Of a DNA stretch of 64,000 nt, positions 34,701 to 43,117 are shown one piece after another. The notes under the pieces are model-generated. The model saw only the letters and a program-made list of their open reading frames with translations, was not told the origin of the DNA and did not search any database. Source of the stretch: Craspedostauros australis (taxonomy: Eukaryota). Made by a program: the position numbers and the translations under genes. The DNA lies in the NCBI GenBank assembly GCA_030167865.1, contig JALAGF010000679.1, positions 1 to 64,000 of the forward strand. The letters are read 5' to 3'. Numbering within the stretch: the stretch's first letter is position 1; the number at the start of each line of letters is the position of its first letter.

Positions 34701-37487
34701 GCGCAATACCTGGACCAAGGCCAAAGCCTCGAGGGCATCACGTTACAGGACGTCGCCAGTCCCCGGCCGAAGGCCCTGTTCCACAGCTTCTCGCACTTCC
34801 TTGGCAAGTTCGAATTCCCCACTGAGCGCGATGGAGTTCTGTTGCATCGCAGCAACGACAACAGCACCGTCCTCGTGCGAGCGGTGGAGCACGTCATTGC
34901 GACGGAGTCATTCCGCGAAGGCAAGAAGCTTGCCCCAGGCACGGCAGAGGAGGCCATCTGGAGTCACGGCGAGGCTGAGCGCGATGAAGATGATTACATG
35001 GAATCCAAATTCGAGCTAGGCAGAAGGCGCGTCTACTTCAAATTCATGAAGCACCCTGATGCGTACGAGAATGAGGTGCAGTGCCGCAAGCAGCTGAGCA
35101 TGGACAGCGCAGATGGAAGGACCGATGGTGACGGCAGCAATCGCAATGGCAACGGCAACCTGCTCGTGCCGTTGCGTCAGAAGTACAGCTTCTTCGGCGA
35201 TACCAACGCAGACAAGCGGTACAAGCACGATGCCTCCGACGAACGCTTCAACATGCTTCACTTCCTCGGCAACGAGTCCATCTGCCTCACGGATTACCCG
35301 TACGCCCTCGTCTTCCCACATTCCGAGGAGGGTGATCTATTCGACTACTTCTACCATCACGGCGTGGAGGACATGGATGAAGTGGCAGATATCGCAGCGC
35401 AGGTCGCGCGCACTCTGCAGCTCATGCATACGAAGCGCGTCATCCATGGCAACGTCTCCATGCGCACCATCTTCATGGTGCCACGTGTTGAGGATACGCA
35501 ACGATCGTGGGCCATGTCCGACTTTTCCAACTCGAGCCAGCTCAGAGGCGGACAGCCAGCATTCTCCGGCAGCATCTCGCATGATGGATCGGCGCAGTTC
35601 TCAACATCCACCCTGCCACCGGAGATGTTCGTCAAGCTGACAGCGGGAGAATCCAGGATGTACCATGCCTACTGGGAGGCTGTGAAGGAACAGTACGACG
35701 TCGAGGTTGATCAAACCGTGGTGACGCCGCGTGTGGACATTGAAACAGGCAGCACATACGTGGTCCGGTGCCACTACGTTCCCAAGGAGGAGTACAGCGC
35801 TGCAGGCAAACCCCAGGACAAGAAGAAGCTGCCCGAACTTCCGTACAAGCTGCTGCCAACCCGCGAGAGCATCGACATTTGGTGCTTCGGCCAAGTGCTG
35901 TACGCTCTGTGCACGGGTGGACGGCCGCTGTTCCCGTTGAACACGAAGAGCCTTCAGCTGCTGGATTACGTCGACATCAATGGGTGGACCGACGAGAAGG
36001 CCACTTCGCTGATCACGGAGCACGTGAAGGACCCGCTGGCGCAGGACCTGCTGCTGCAGCTGCTGTCATGCTACGAGAACCGATCGACTCTGAAGATGGA
36101 GGCAATCCTTAAGCACCCATTCCTCAGGAATGCCGGCAGAAGCGGCAGAGACGATGACGATGATGACGACTACTACGGTGCCTTCAGCAGCACGAACCCA
36201 GCCCAGGATGCGGCTGCAAAGCGCATCATCGAACGCCGAACGCAGGCCACGATGAAGCAGCGACGATGGCGCCAGACCGTGATCACAGAACGGGCAGAGA
36301 CCGACTGGTTGCAGCAGCGCACAGCCTCCATCAACTGCTGGAACTTCAAGACGCTGTGTCGCATCAACTTCTCGGCAACGGAGATGGTGAAAGCCCACCT
36401 GGGCCGCCAGACGGAAGCGCTGGCGATGCCGTGCGGCATCATCATTCTGCCGTACAAGCTATCGGCGAAGAACAAGAAGGGCATGCTGGCACCGACGTCG
36501 AAGAAGGACGTGGAACGCTCGGAACGCATGGGGACGTTGCTGCTTTCGCTGGCGAGGGTGTGCTCGTTTGCCGTCCATGTGACGGAGACGATAGCCTCGG
36601 GCGAAGGTCCGTGGACCGCAAGGCACCTGATCGAGTCGCTGAAGTACACCGACCTTTCGTTCCAAGATATGTACAAGGATGTCGAGAAGATCGCCGCCGA
36701 ACACGTCGAAGCGTATCGCTCTGATCCCTCGATGGTGGCACGCAAGCTGGTGTCGAGGAAGGTGCGTGAGATCGTCAGGTTCTTCCGCGATGCCAAGTCG
36801 GCCTACATCTACCTCGTCGACGAAGCCAGCGGCGTGCCTCTGGCCGACAATCAGTACGAGCCGTACCCGCTGTCCGTGCCCGAGGCGGGCATCGAGAACA
36901 TCCTGCTGAAGATGCTGCCCTTCATGCACATTTGCTGCATGTACGCTCGTGGATCCGCCGGTGGCATCTCCGGGTTGGTGAAGCTCATCTTCGAGGCAGC
37001 GTACCCGCACGTGCCACCCTCGTGGAACTCGTCCGCGAACGGGCTGACACACAGACTGAACGACCCCCAATCGTTGAAGGAGGCGGCGTACCTGCAGGAC
37101 AACATTGCATTCATGACGGGATCCAAGACCGCCGATCCTTGCGGCGACTTGCTCTTCATCCGTGACGTGATGCTGAGACGCGACATGGCGCGCAAGTTCT
37201 GCGACATGGTCCGCATCCAGTCCGCCAACGCGACGTTCTGGACCACGAAGGAGAATGCCGAGGAGATTCAGGAGGCGACAGAGTCGTACACGTTCCGTGA
37301 CGCCCTGGAGATCCAGCGCACGCTGGAGGCCAAGCTGGACAAGAACGAGATGACGATCAAGAAGCTGGAGGAGGAGATCGAACGCCTCAAGTTCCACAAC
37401 AAGATGAACTTGACCTTGCCTGACAACGTCGATGGTGCGGATGGCAACGAATCCGATGACATCTCCGAGGCCAACGCCGTCGAGTAG
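31719..37487 (+). CDS. Giant ankyrin-repeat protein with a C-terminal degenerate protein kinase (pseudokinase) domain and coiled-coil tail, 1922 aa, intronless
   Basis: More than 10 ankyrin-like motifs (IPLHWAC, GRTPLHW, LPLHYAV, GRMPLHWAC, LPIHAAL, YPLHYAS, GMTPLHIV). Kinase subdomains: VYFKFM, ENEV, GDLFDY, VIHGNVS, SDFS, TLPPEM, DIWCFGQVLY, ILKHPFL. Confidence 0.9.
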   Translation: MRYTGNLHKLIDVANASRDSRSKWAHVLHYLEGHTVAHTNHENPPHDSPLPPFTAPSVELEAELFDLQGPKRDETPLRIACKAAPAQIIGALCHLAPEAARVEDSRCRIPLHWACRRPSDNAETNKVLKILILAYPEGLLQRDDGGRTPLHWLFWYHAPTRTPKVVEMFAHSLHPNDLADVKQPRLGIDDRWPLPEVPQTGGDVPENAYIIADARHGVLPLHYAVMQGASKDTIKALLHAYPASKMCKDRKGRTPLAWYLGAGHLIDSRKHVCGETNDPNAPPWWEMKLSTKVIQMLLSSRAARTQDDTGRMPLHWACHLIARSQYAKSHGCLALKAVQLILDNYADVLTCKDKEGRTPLQLFFDVVVALQKQDFERDFGNQTLRDNIDLKLGGPVAWDPPSQLIELLLKSPESDGHEVSYRTDHERPVSAAAIEDTVGALPIHAALRVATAPQIIRMLIQANPTSLVHTSEEVLQTPLVHALKSPYTAPLQSHETIDLLMQAYVTSRHGTFMDGRLALKMEDSAGKYPLHYASENQASLEIVKILCEKFPRAAMFQSSDGDLPLHGLLSKANLFEPPESGIATGASLAQSMAFLSDKEIAWKKELEKVQRSVIDVLVQPLIESEQHLKIGSSAHGMTPLHIVVAFDAVSYETVYRMLDTCPATAGMITTAEGYNFSCMDLHELRKKDSDDIDQWNAMRELLFAFCPTIDAWRSKDDLLEACVKLIRQEAETNSSFHLDRLGSIQDKKDGALSIAETLSSIAPPEIDTAYRPKQKLPGVISPSKSAALSPGAAEPSSRKKYQRKQRPRKRPEPKFEVHKSIYDDDNFVGSYEVSDNSDESDVDEEYYSSGESEYNSQDEEDTFFDRSIIHNGSSMETGSWAGSVQQNQSMGSRKKSQQSGSSMPKMIVESPAHFEEKKMEEDAAAMKPMDLRSALSDSNNLLSDVAMRLWTFFVLYNNKKKPEDNYLRQVEAVLNDMDFEIVEKLLGMAVPDYGAQYLDQGQSLEGITLQDVASPRPKALFHSFSHFLGKFEFPTERDGVLLHRSNDNSTVLVRAVEHVIATESFREGKKLAPGTAEEAIWSHGEAERDEDDYMESKFELGRRRVYFKFMKHPDAYENEVQCRKQLSMDSADGRTDGDGSNRNGNGNLLVPLRQKYSFFGDTNADKRYKHDASDERFNMLHFLGNESICLTDYPYALVFPHSEEGDLFDYFYHHGVEDMDEVADIAAQVARTLQLMHTKRVIHGNVSMRTIFMVPRVEDTQRSWAMSDFSNSSQLRGGQPAFSGSISHDGSAQFSTSTLPPEMFVKLTAGESRMYHAYWEAVKEQYDVEVDQTVVTPRVDIETGSTYVVRCHYVPKEEYSAAGKPQDKKKLPELPYKLLPTRESIDIWCFGQVLYALCTGGRPLFPLNTKSLQLLDYVDINGWTDEKATSLITEHVKDPLAQDLLLQLLSCYENRSTLKMEAILKHPFLRNAGRSGRDDDDDDDYYGAFSSTNPAQDAAAKRIIERRTQATMKQRRWRQTVITERAETDWLQQRTASINCWNFKTLCRINFSATEMVKAHLGRQTEALAMPCGIIILPYKLSAKNKKGMLAPTSKKDVERSERMGTLLLSLARVCSFAVHVTETIASGEGPWTARHLIESLKYTDLSFQDMYKDVEKIAAEHVEAYRSDPSMVARKLVSRKVREIVRFFRDAKSAYIYLVDEASGVPLADNQYEPYPLSVPEAGIENILLKMLPFMHICCMYARGSAGGISGLVKLIFEAAYPHVPPSWNSSANGLTHRLNDPQSLKEAAYLQDNIAFMTGSKTADPCGDLLFIRDVMLRRDMARKFCDMVRIQSANATFWTTKENAEEIQEATESYTFRDALEIQRTLEAKLDKNEMTIKKLEEEIERLKFHNKMNLTLPDNVDGADGNESDDISEANAVE

Positions 37488-37627
37488 AGCCCATTGTCAA
37501 TATTACATACAATAGTAGAATACGATCGCAGGAGTTTCATGAATGTTATTGTATAATAGGTCGTAACAGTATCAACACACAATGTATTTCAGCACATCCT
37601 CGGACTTTTTCTGGAGTGTTCGTGCAT

Positions 37628-38785
37628 TCACTTGGTGTCCGCCGTCTTGTCATAATGATGTCCATGCTTGCTCATCCGTTTCCAATAATCTCGAAACAAC
37701 GCCTCGAAGGTCCCCAGATGTATCGGTTCGATGCCGAGACGATCCAATGCGTAGCACCACAGCGGCTGATCGCGCCACGAATCCAATTCCTGCGAGTAAC
37801 GATCCCAGAAGAAGGTGGTCGCCTGCTGCCAGTGCACGCTGTTGGGATCGTATCCGATGTAATGGTTGGCGTAGAGCGTGCAGTTGGCATTGAAATCAGG
37901 CTGCGCCTGCATCCATCGTTTGGACGCCTCCACGTTGTCGCGGACGTCCTTGTTGCTGTGCAAGATGCGATCGAATTCCTGAAAGGCCCCGCCTCCTTTG
38001 TCGTGCTTGTTCTGTGCGATGCCGTATTTGGAGAGATGGATGGTGCGCGCGAGGTTCTTGTAGCGCTGCGAGTGCTTCGATTTGGGTCCGCAGAATCCGT
38101 CCATGTAGAAGACGGCCTGGCATCTGGCGATTTCGGGGTGTTGCCAACCCATGAATTTGGGCCACCGCGATTTGGTGATGGAGCGGCGGTAGTGCTGGGG
38201 TATTTGTATCGCTGTGTTTGAGTTGGCATGTTGCGCGGCGGTGGTGATGATCTTGGTCCAACCCTCGGCCTCGAGATCGGGCATGTTGGTGAATGCGAAA
38301 TATCGGAATGTCGGGTTGGCGTCACGCTGCGATGCAACATCCGGTGGATGATCGGCGAATTCCGGATCCGTTCCGTACACGGCCGTGACGAAGCAGACCT
38401 CGTAGGGCGTGTCCGGCGTTGGTTCCCACAGCGACGCATTGGGACTTGGCCGTTGCGTTGTGGGTTGCGTTGCAGATTGAGCGGATGCGAGGATGTTGAC
38501 AGTTGTGTTGGCAGTTGTGTTGGCAGCTTCCACGTCCACCAACTCTGGCACGTTCATCATGGACATGATCGATGAGTGCATAACAGAAGTTGGAGATTGG
38601 TGGATGGATGCAAATTGCCATGCTGAGAAGAAGGAGATGGTTATGCAGAATGGGAGCATGAGCCTGAAGATCGTCACCATCTTGCACCCTGGATCTGAGG
38701 ATGGCTGAGAGCGGACATTCCCTCGCCGAAGGTGTTGGTGTTGTTGCTGTTGTTGTTGGTGCGGTTGGTGATGAGGCCTCCTCAT
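37628..38785 (-). CDS. Type II membrane glycosyltransferase-like protein (DUF616/TOD1-MUCI70-like), ~385 aa
   Basis: N-terminal signal-anchor helix and T/P-rich stem, then CFVTAVYG, YFAFTN, SRWPKF, VFYMDG and RDQPLWCYAL motifs typical of DUF616. Confidence 0.7.
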   Translation of the reverse strand: MRRPHHQPHQQQQQQHQHLRRGNVRSQPSSDPGCKMVTIFRLMLPFCITISFFSAWQFASIHQSPTSVMHSSIMSMMNVPELVDVEAANTTANTTVNILASAQSATQPTTQRPSPNASLWEPTPDTPYEVCFVTAVYGTDPEFADHPPDVASQRDANPTFRYFAFTNMPDLEAEGWTKIITTAAQHANSNTAIQIPQHYRRSITKSRWPKFMGWQHPEIARCQAVFYMDGFCGPKSKHSQRYKNLARTIHLSKYGIAQNKHDKGGGAFQEFDRILHSNKDVRDNVEASKRWMQAQPDFNANCTLYANHYIGYDPNSVHWQQATTFFWDRYSQELDSWRDQPLWCYALDRLGIEPIHLGTFEALFRDYWKRMSKHGHHYDKTADTK

Positions 38786-39100
38786 GGTGGCGGAGTCTTT
38801 GGGTGTGGTGTCATAGGCCGTATTATAGAATACTATTCTAGAATGTATGGCACGTCCGAGTAACCGCAATACACATCCAGCTTCTGCTTGACTCGGAGGT
38901 ATGCTTCCTACTATTCTTGCGTCGCTGAATCCGTCTCCTGCAGGGCATCAAGATGGCGAGCATCACCAATCACAGCACGCCACAGAGAGAGATGGAGAGA
39001 GGGAGGGAGGGAGTTGGAGGTCCGAGCAACGGTCACAAGAGAAGAGGGTGCCTGTTGCTCACAACTCAATCCATCACTCACTGTCTCTCTTGAGTTGGAC

Positions 39101-39160
39101 CAAGAAAGGAAACAAGAATGGAGACAAGAGAGGAAACAAGAATGGAGAGAAGAGAGGAAG
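39101..39160 (+). repeat. 24-bp purine-rich tandem repeat (CAAGA[A/G]AGGAAACAAGAATGGAGA), ~2.5 copies
   Basis: Read directly; lies in the divergent intergenic region between the genes starting at 38785 and 39693. Confidence 0.8.
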
Positions 39161-39692
39161 GTGCAACAAACAAGAGGAGGAAAGAAAGCGAACGGCTCCT
39201 TTCACCATGGCGGAGGGGTTGTCTTTTTTGGCGGCATCCGTGATCCACGGTCATGTTTTGTGAAGGAATGGGTCTTGGGGAATGTCGCTCCGCCAACCAA
39301 AATGACCCTCGACTCGTCGGACCCACAAGTTGAATTTTCAAAAAGATCATTTTTCGTCGACGGTGGCAGCGTCAAACAAGAACAACAGAACGAGAGGAAC
39401 AACGATGACGAAAGCCACGCTGGCAGCTGCCCAACAGTACGCCAGAATCGGTAACGTAGTGACATGTCATCACCACTCCGCGCAAAAACGGCATCATACA
39501 CACGCACAAATGCACGCGCACAAATACACGCGCAAACGAGGAAGGATAACTGCGCGAGAGAAGTCCGCGACAACAAGACCAACAACAACATCCTCCACAC
39601 AACCACACAAAAACCGGAAGAGCCCGTCCATTCATGCGACGTTGACGCAAAGCGCTGACCAACGACATTGATCGTTGCCACACCCACCCACG

Positions 39693-41369
39693 ATGGATAA
39701 CGTCATTCGGGTCACGCGCTTGGCCAGTTCCTCCACTCTTGGGAGGGCATCCGGTGCGGTGAGTTCTCAGGCAGCAACCAAGATGGGTTCGGAGTCCGAA
39801 CAACCGCAGAAGCAGCAGCAACGGCATGAACAGAAGCAACAGCAGAAACAGCAGCAGCAACAGCAGCAGCAACAGGAGAAACAGCAACAACAACAGCAGC
39901 AACAGCAGCAACAGCAACAACAATCACAAAGAAAGCAACCACCAGCACCACAACAGCAGCAACAACAGCAACAACAGCACACGCGCCCAGAGAAGGCTGC
40001 AGCGCCCATCATAGTTGTTGAAGGAGTTCCAGTGAAAGAGCTGATGTCATCACCGCAAAAGGTCGCAGCCCGAGTCATTGCCAGCACCTCCATCAGCACC
40101 TCCACCGCCAGCTCAAACCAAAGGGCAAGCAAAGGCTCTAATAACAGCATCAACAACAACAACAAGAACAAGATGACCAAGAGCAATGGGACTGCGAAGT
40201 TCGCCTCTTCCCAAACGCCAACCATGCCATACGCGCACATTTACACGCAGAGCAGGAGCAAACAACGCCCTTCCACTCCCATGTCCACGATCCGTAAAAA
40301 GTTAAGCCGCCGGGTGCAAAAAAGACGTTTGAGACGTCACGCATCGTGCGGAGGCAGCGCCACTTCCTCCCTCACACCATCCCACGCTAGCACCTTCGAC
40401 GACAGCGACACTCTCAACGACGAGTCCGTCTTCTCGTCCGAAAGCAAGCGCCGCGTGCGTTGGCATCCATCCTGCGATCGGCGGGACCAGCTGCGGCGTT
40501 CGCGCACCATCAGCATGCCGAGCTTCATCGGCGCTGTCATCGGTGCCACCTCCTCCGTTGTTCCGGACGACGACGCCGACGATACCTCCGCCGCACATGC
40601 ACCTGCCGAGCCATCCGTCCCCAGGCGCACATCCAGCATCCTCCGCAACTCGCGTGTCATCAACGTCAGGAGTCTCATGGAGAGGCTTCCGGAGTACGAC
40701 CCTCTGGACTTCCCGGCCTCCGACGATAGCCCCGCCCGCGCTCGTTATCCCTCCTCTTTTGCTGGTTACGCTAACCACCACGGAGATGATGACAGCGACG
40801 ATGACCACGACGATGATGACTTCAACACAGGAGGTACCGTCGTCCGCATGAAGTCCATCAAGTTCTCCCATCCGCTCAATCACCAGATCAACGATCAGAG
40901 CGACAGCCAAACTCCATCCGACACCAACGAAGTCGTCCGCATGAGCCCGATGGCCATCCCCCATCTCATCAGCAACGACCTTGGGCGCACACCTCCCAAC
41001 GTGGAGGACGTCCGTCGCACGGAGGCACCCACCAAGCTCACCACCTTCAGCCCCTTCAACGCGGACGAACCCAGCGCGCTCTGGAACGGCAGCACCCAGG
41101 AGCATCATCCATCCTCCCTCCCGTACAACTCCTTCCTCGGAATCATCATCCTTGGCATGCTCACCCCCGCCACGCTTTGGGTGCCCGTCACCATCGTGGC
41201 CCTCATCTATTTCGCCATGTCCTCCTTCATCAACCTCTGGCAGACGGAACAACAAGACCAAGCCACCACACCGGAAGACACCTCGGGCTACTACAGGATA
41301 CTCTACATGATTTACAGGGAAATCGTCTGCGGAGGTTCCGATCCTCCACCATCCGAACCGCGCAGCTAA
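39693..41369 (+). CDS. Hypothetical protein with polyQ N-terminus, disordered middle and a C-terminal transmembrane hairpin, ~558 aa
   Basis: CAG/CAA tract at ~39810-39978; hydrophobic FLGIIILGMLTPATLWVPVTIVALIYFAMSSFI; coding codon bias. Confidence 0.7.
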   Translation: MDNVIRVTRLASSSTLGRASGAVSSQAATKMGSESEQPQKQQQRHEQKQQQKQQQQQQQQQEKQQQQQQQQQQQQQQSQRKQPPAPQQQQQQQQQHTRPEKAAAPIIVVEGVPVKELMSSPQKVAARVIASTSISTSTASSNQRASKGSNNSINNNNKNKMTKSNGTAKFASSQTPTMPYAHIYTQSRSKQRPSTPMSTIRKKLSRRVQKRRLRRHASCGGSATSSLTPSHASTFDDSDTLNDESVFSSESKRRVRWHPSCDRRDQLRRSRTISMPSFIGAVIGATSSVVPDDDADDTSAAHAPAEPSVPRRTSSILRNSRVINVRSLMERLPEYDPLDFPASDDSPARARYPSSFAGYANHHGDDDSDDDHDDDDFNTGGTVVRMKSIKFSHPLNHQINDQSDSQTPSDTNEVVRMSPMAIPHLISNDLGRTPPNVEDVRRTEAPTKLTTFSPFNADEPSALWNGSTQEHHPSSLPYNSFLGIIILGMLTPATLWVPVTIVALIYFAMSSFINLWQTEQQDQATTPEDTSGYYRILYMIYREIVCGGSDPPPSEPRS

Positions 41370-42277
41370 ACTGCGCAGCTTCGCCAAAAAGGTACGTACC
41401 CGATGATCCTGACCATTGTTTATCAACTTACGCGAATGCACACATGTGCATGCATGAGTGTGTCTTCCTTCCTGTCAATACACATCCCAAACACTGCTGC
41501 TGCTCCGCGCCGACAATAGCAACAGCCGCAACAAAGCATTCACGGACGGCGATGACGATGAGAGTGATGACGCCAATAACAATTACACAATGATAGGTCG
41601 TCAGAATTATCGACGAGAAAGCTTACTAGCGCATGACTCATCGGCCCAAACACCATGGATGATCGATCCTGTGCTTCATCCAGTTCCACACCCTCCAACC
41701 TCCTCACACAACTGCTGTTTCATGCCCTGCCTGACGCGCTTCATTCCCTCCATCTTCAAACTCCAACAGCCACATCTCGGGAGGCACTACCACAGTTTTG
41801 AGTCTGGATTGGGTAATTTCTTATACTTGTTTAGGTCTTATTGTTTTCATCTGTACAATCAGTCTGTACTCAATCGATGCACGTATTGTGGGATGAACCA
41901 AGATGCAGCTTCGTGGTCATCGGCGTGCCTCGGACGTCGTGTCTGAAAGTTCGTTGTTGCATTGGATTGCGTTCGGTTGGCGTGTTGGTACACATCTACA
42001 CCTCGCAACGCCAGCGTCCATCTATCGTCTCAGCGATGCCGTTACTTGGTCGGAGACATTCGTGCGCATGATCTGATATGTGCTAAGACAGTCCTGTGCA
42101 CGCCGTCGCATCCCGAGCACAGCTACAGAAGAAGTCTACCCCCGGATAGTGATGTATGCCAGAATATGATACAGTGATCGTGCCTATTGTTTGTTATTTC
42201 AGTTCCATCATGCGAGTGCGACGGAGTGTTTTGTCCAGAGAGAGAGAGAGAAGCAAAATACGGGCGCCCCTGCCTCC

Positions 42278-42631
42278 TTACTTCTGCGATGGGTTCTTGG
42301 CATTCTTGATGCCGGCCATACGGGCCAGGTTGGGTGCGAAGAATGGCAGACTCAGTGCCAGACCACCGGCCAGGGCACCGCCCACAATCAATCCGCCGCT
42401 GCTGCCGCCCTCGCTGCTCGACGTCTTCTTTGGGACCACAGTCTGCTCCACGTCCATGGAGTATTCATCCTTCGCCAAAACGGGTGCGGCGGCCGTCAGG
42501 GTCGCCACCGTTGCGGCGCTGCTGCTCAGGAATGCGCGGCGACCGCCATTCACTGGACTGGGCTGCAGGGCGCATGTCGATGAGATGGTCGCGAGGACGA
42601 TGAGAAGGAGTGCGGAGAGCGTGGTATTCAT
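42278..42631 (-). CDS. Small plastid thylakoid membrane protein, 117-aa precursor
   Basis: Signal peptide ending STCA|L (ASAF-like), twin-arginine RRAFL plus Ala-rich h-region ending VLA|K, and a single C-terminal TM helix GLIVGGALAGGLALSLPFF. Confidence 0.75.
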   Translation of the reverse strand: MNTTLSALLLIVLATISSTCALQPSPVNGGRRAFLSSSAATVATLTAAAPVLAKDEYSMDVEQTVVPKKTSSSEGGSSGGLIVGGALAGGLALSLPFFAPNLARMAGIKNAKNPSQK

Positions 42632-43117
42632 TGTGATGTGCGTTCTGTTGAGTGGAATTGGTTGGAATCTGGGATTGTAGAATTTATGAGGAGGAAAGTG
42701 AAGGGCGACGTTGCGCCTCGTTGGCTGTGGAGGGACGACGACGACAACGACAACAACGATGGGGATGATGATGGGCGAGTTTGTCTGAGGTGCGATGCCG
42801 AATCTGAGAACCACATGCGTGCAGTGGCGAGAGAAACGTCAGAAACGCGATTTTGTGTGCGTGTGGGTCAGGGATCCAGAAACGGACCGGCGCGTACGAC
42901 TAGCTTCGTATTAGCCTTTTCTATGTTGTGGCGGGTATATAGACAAATATAGCCATACCACAAATTGATGACTCGTTGTCCAAAGGAGGAGCCCCACCCG
43001 CCCACTCGCAATTGCCGACTATCTCTCTCTCTCTACTCACAGACAGACTCACGCATTCGATAATCGCCTGGTGGAACCTGATGGGAGCTAATCATAACAT
43101 GCTGATATATTGTTTGC

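Noticed and set aside
38826-38845. TTCTAGAA heat-shock-element-like site upstream of the DUF616-like gene
   Set aside because: Only two nGAAn units are in register; this is expected by chance.
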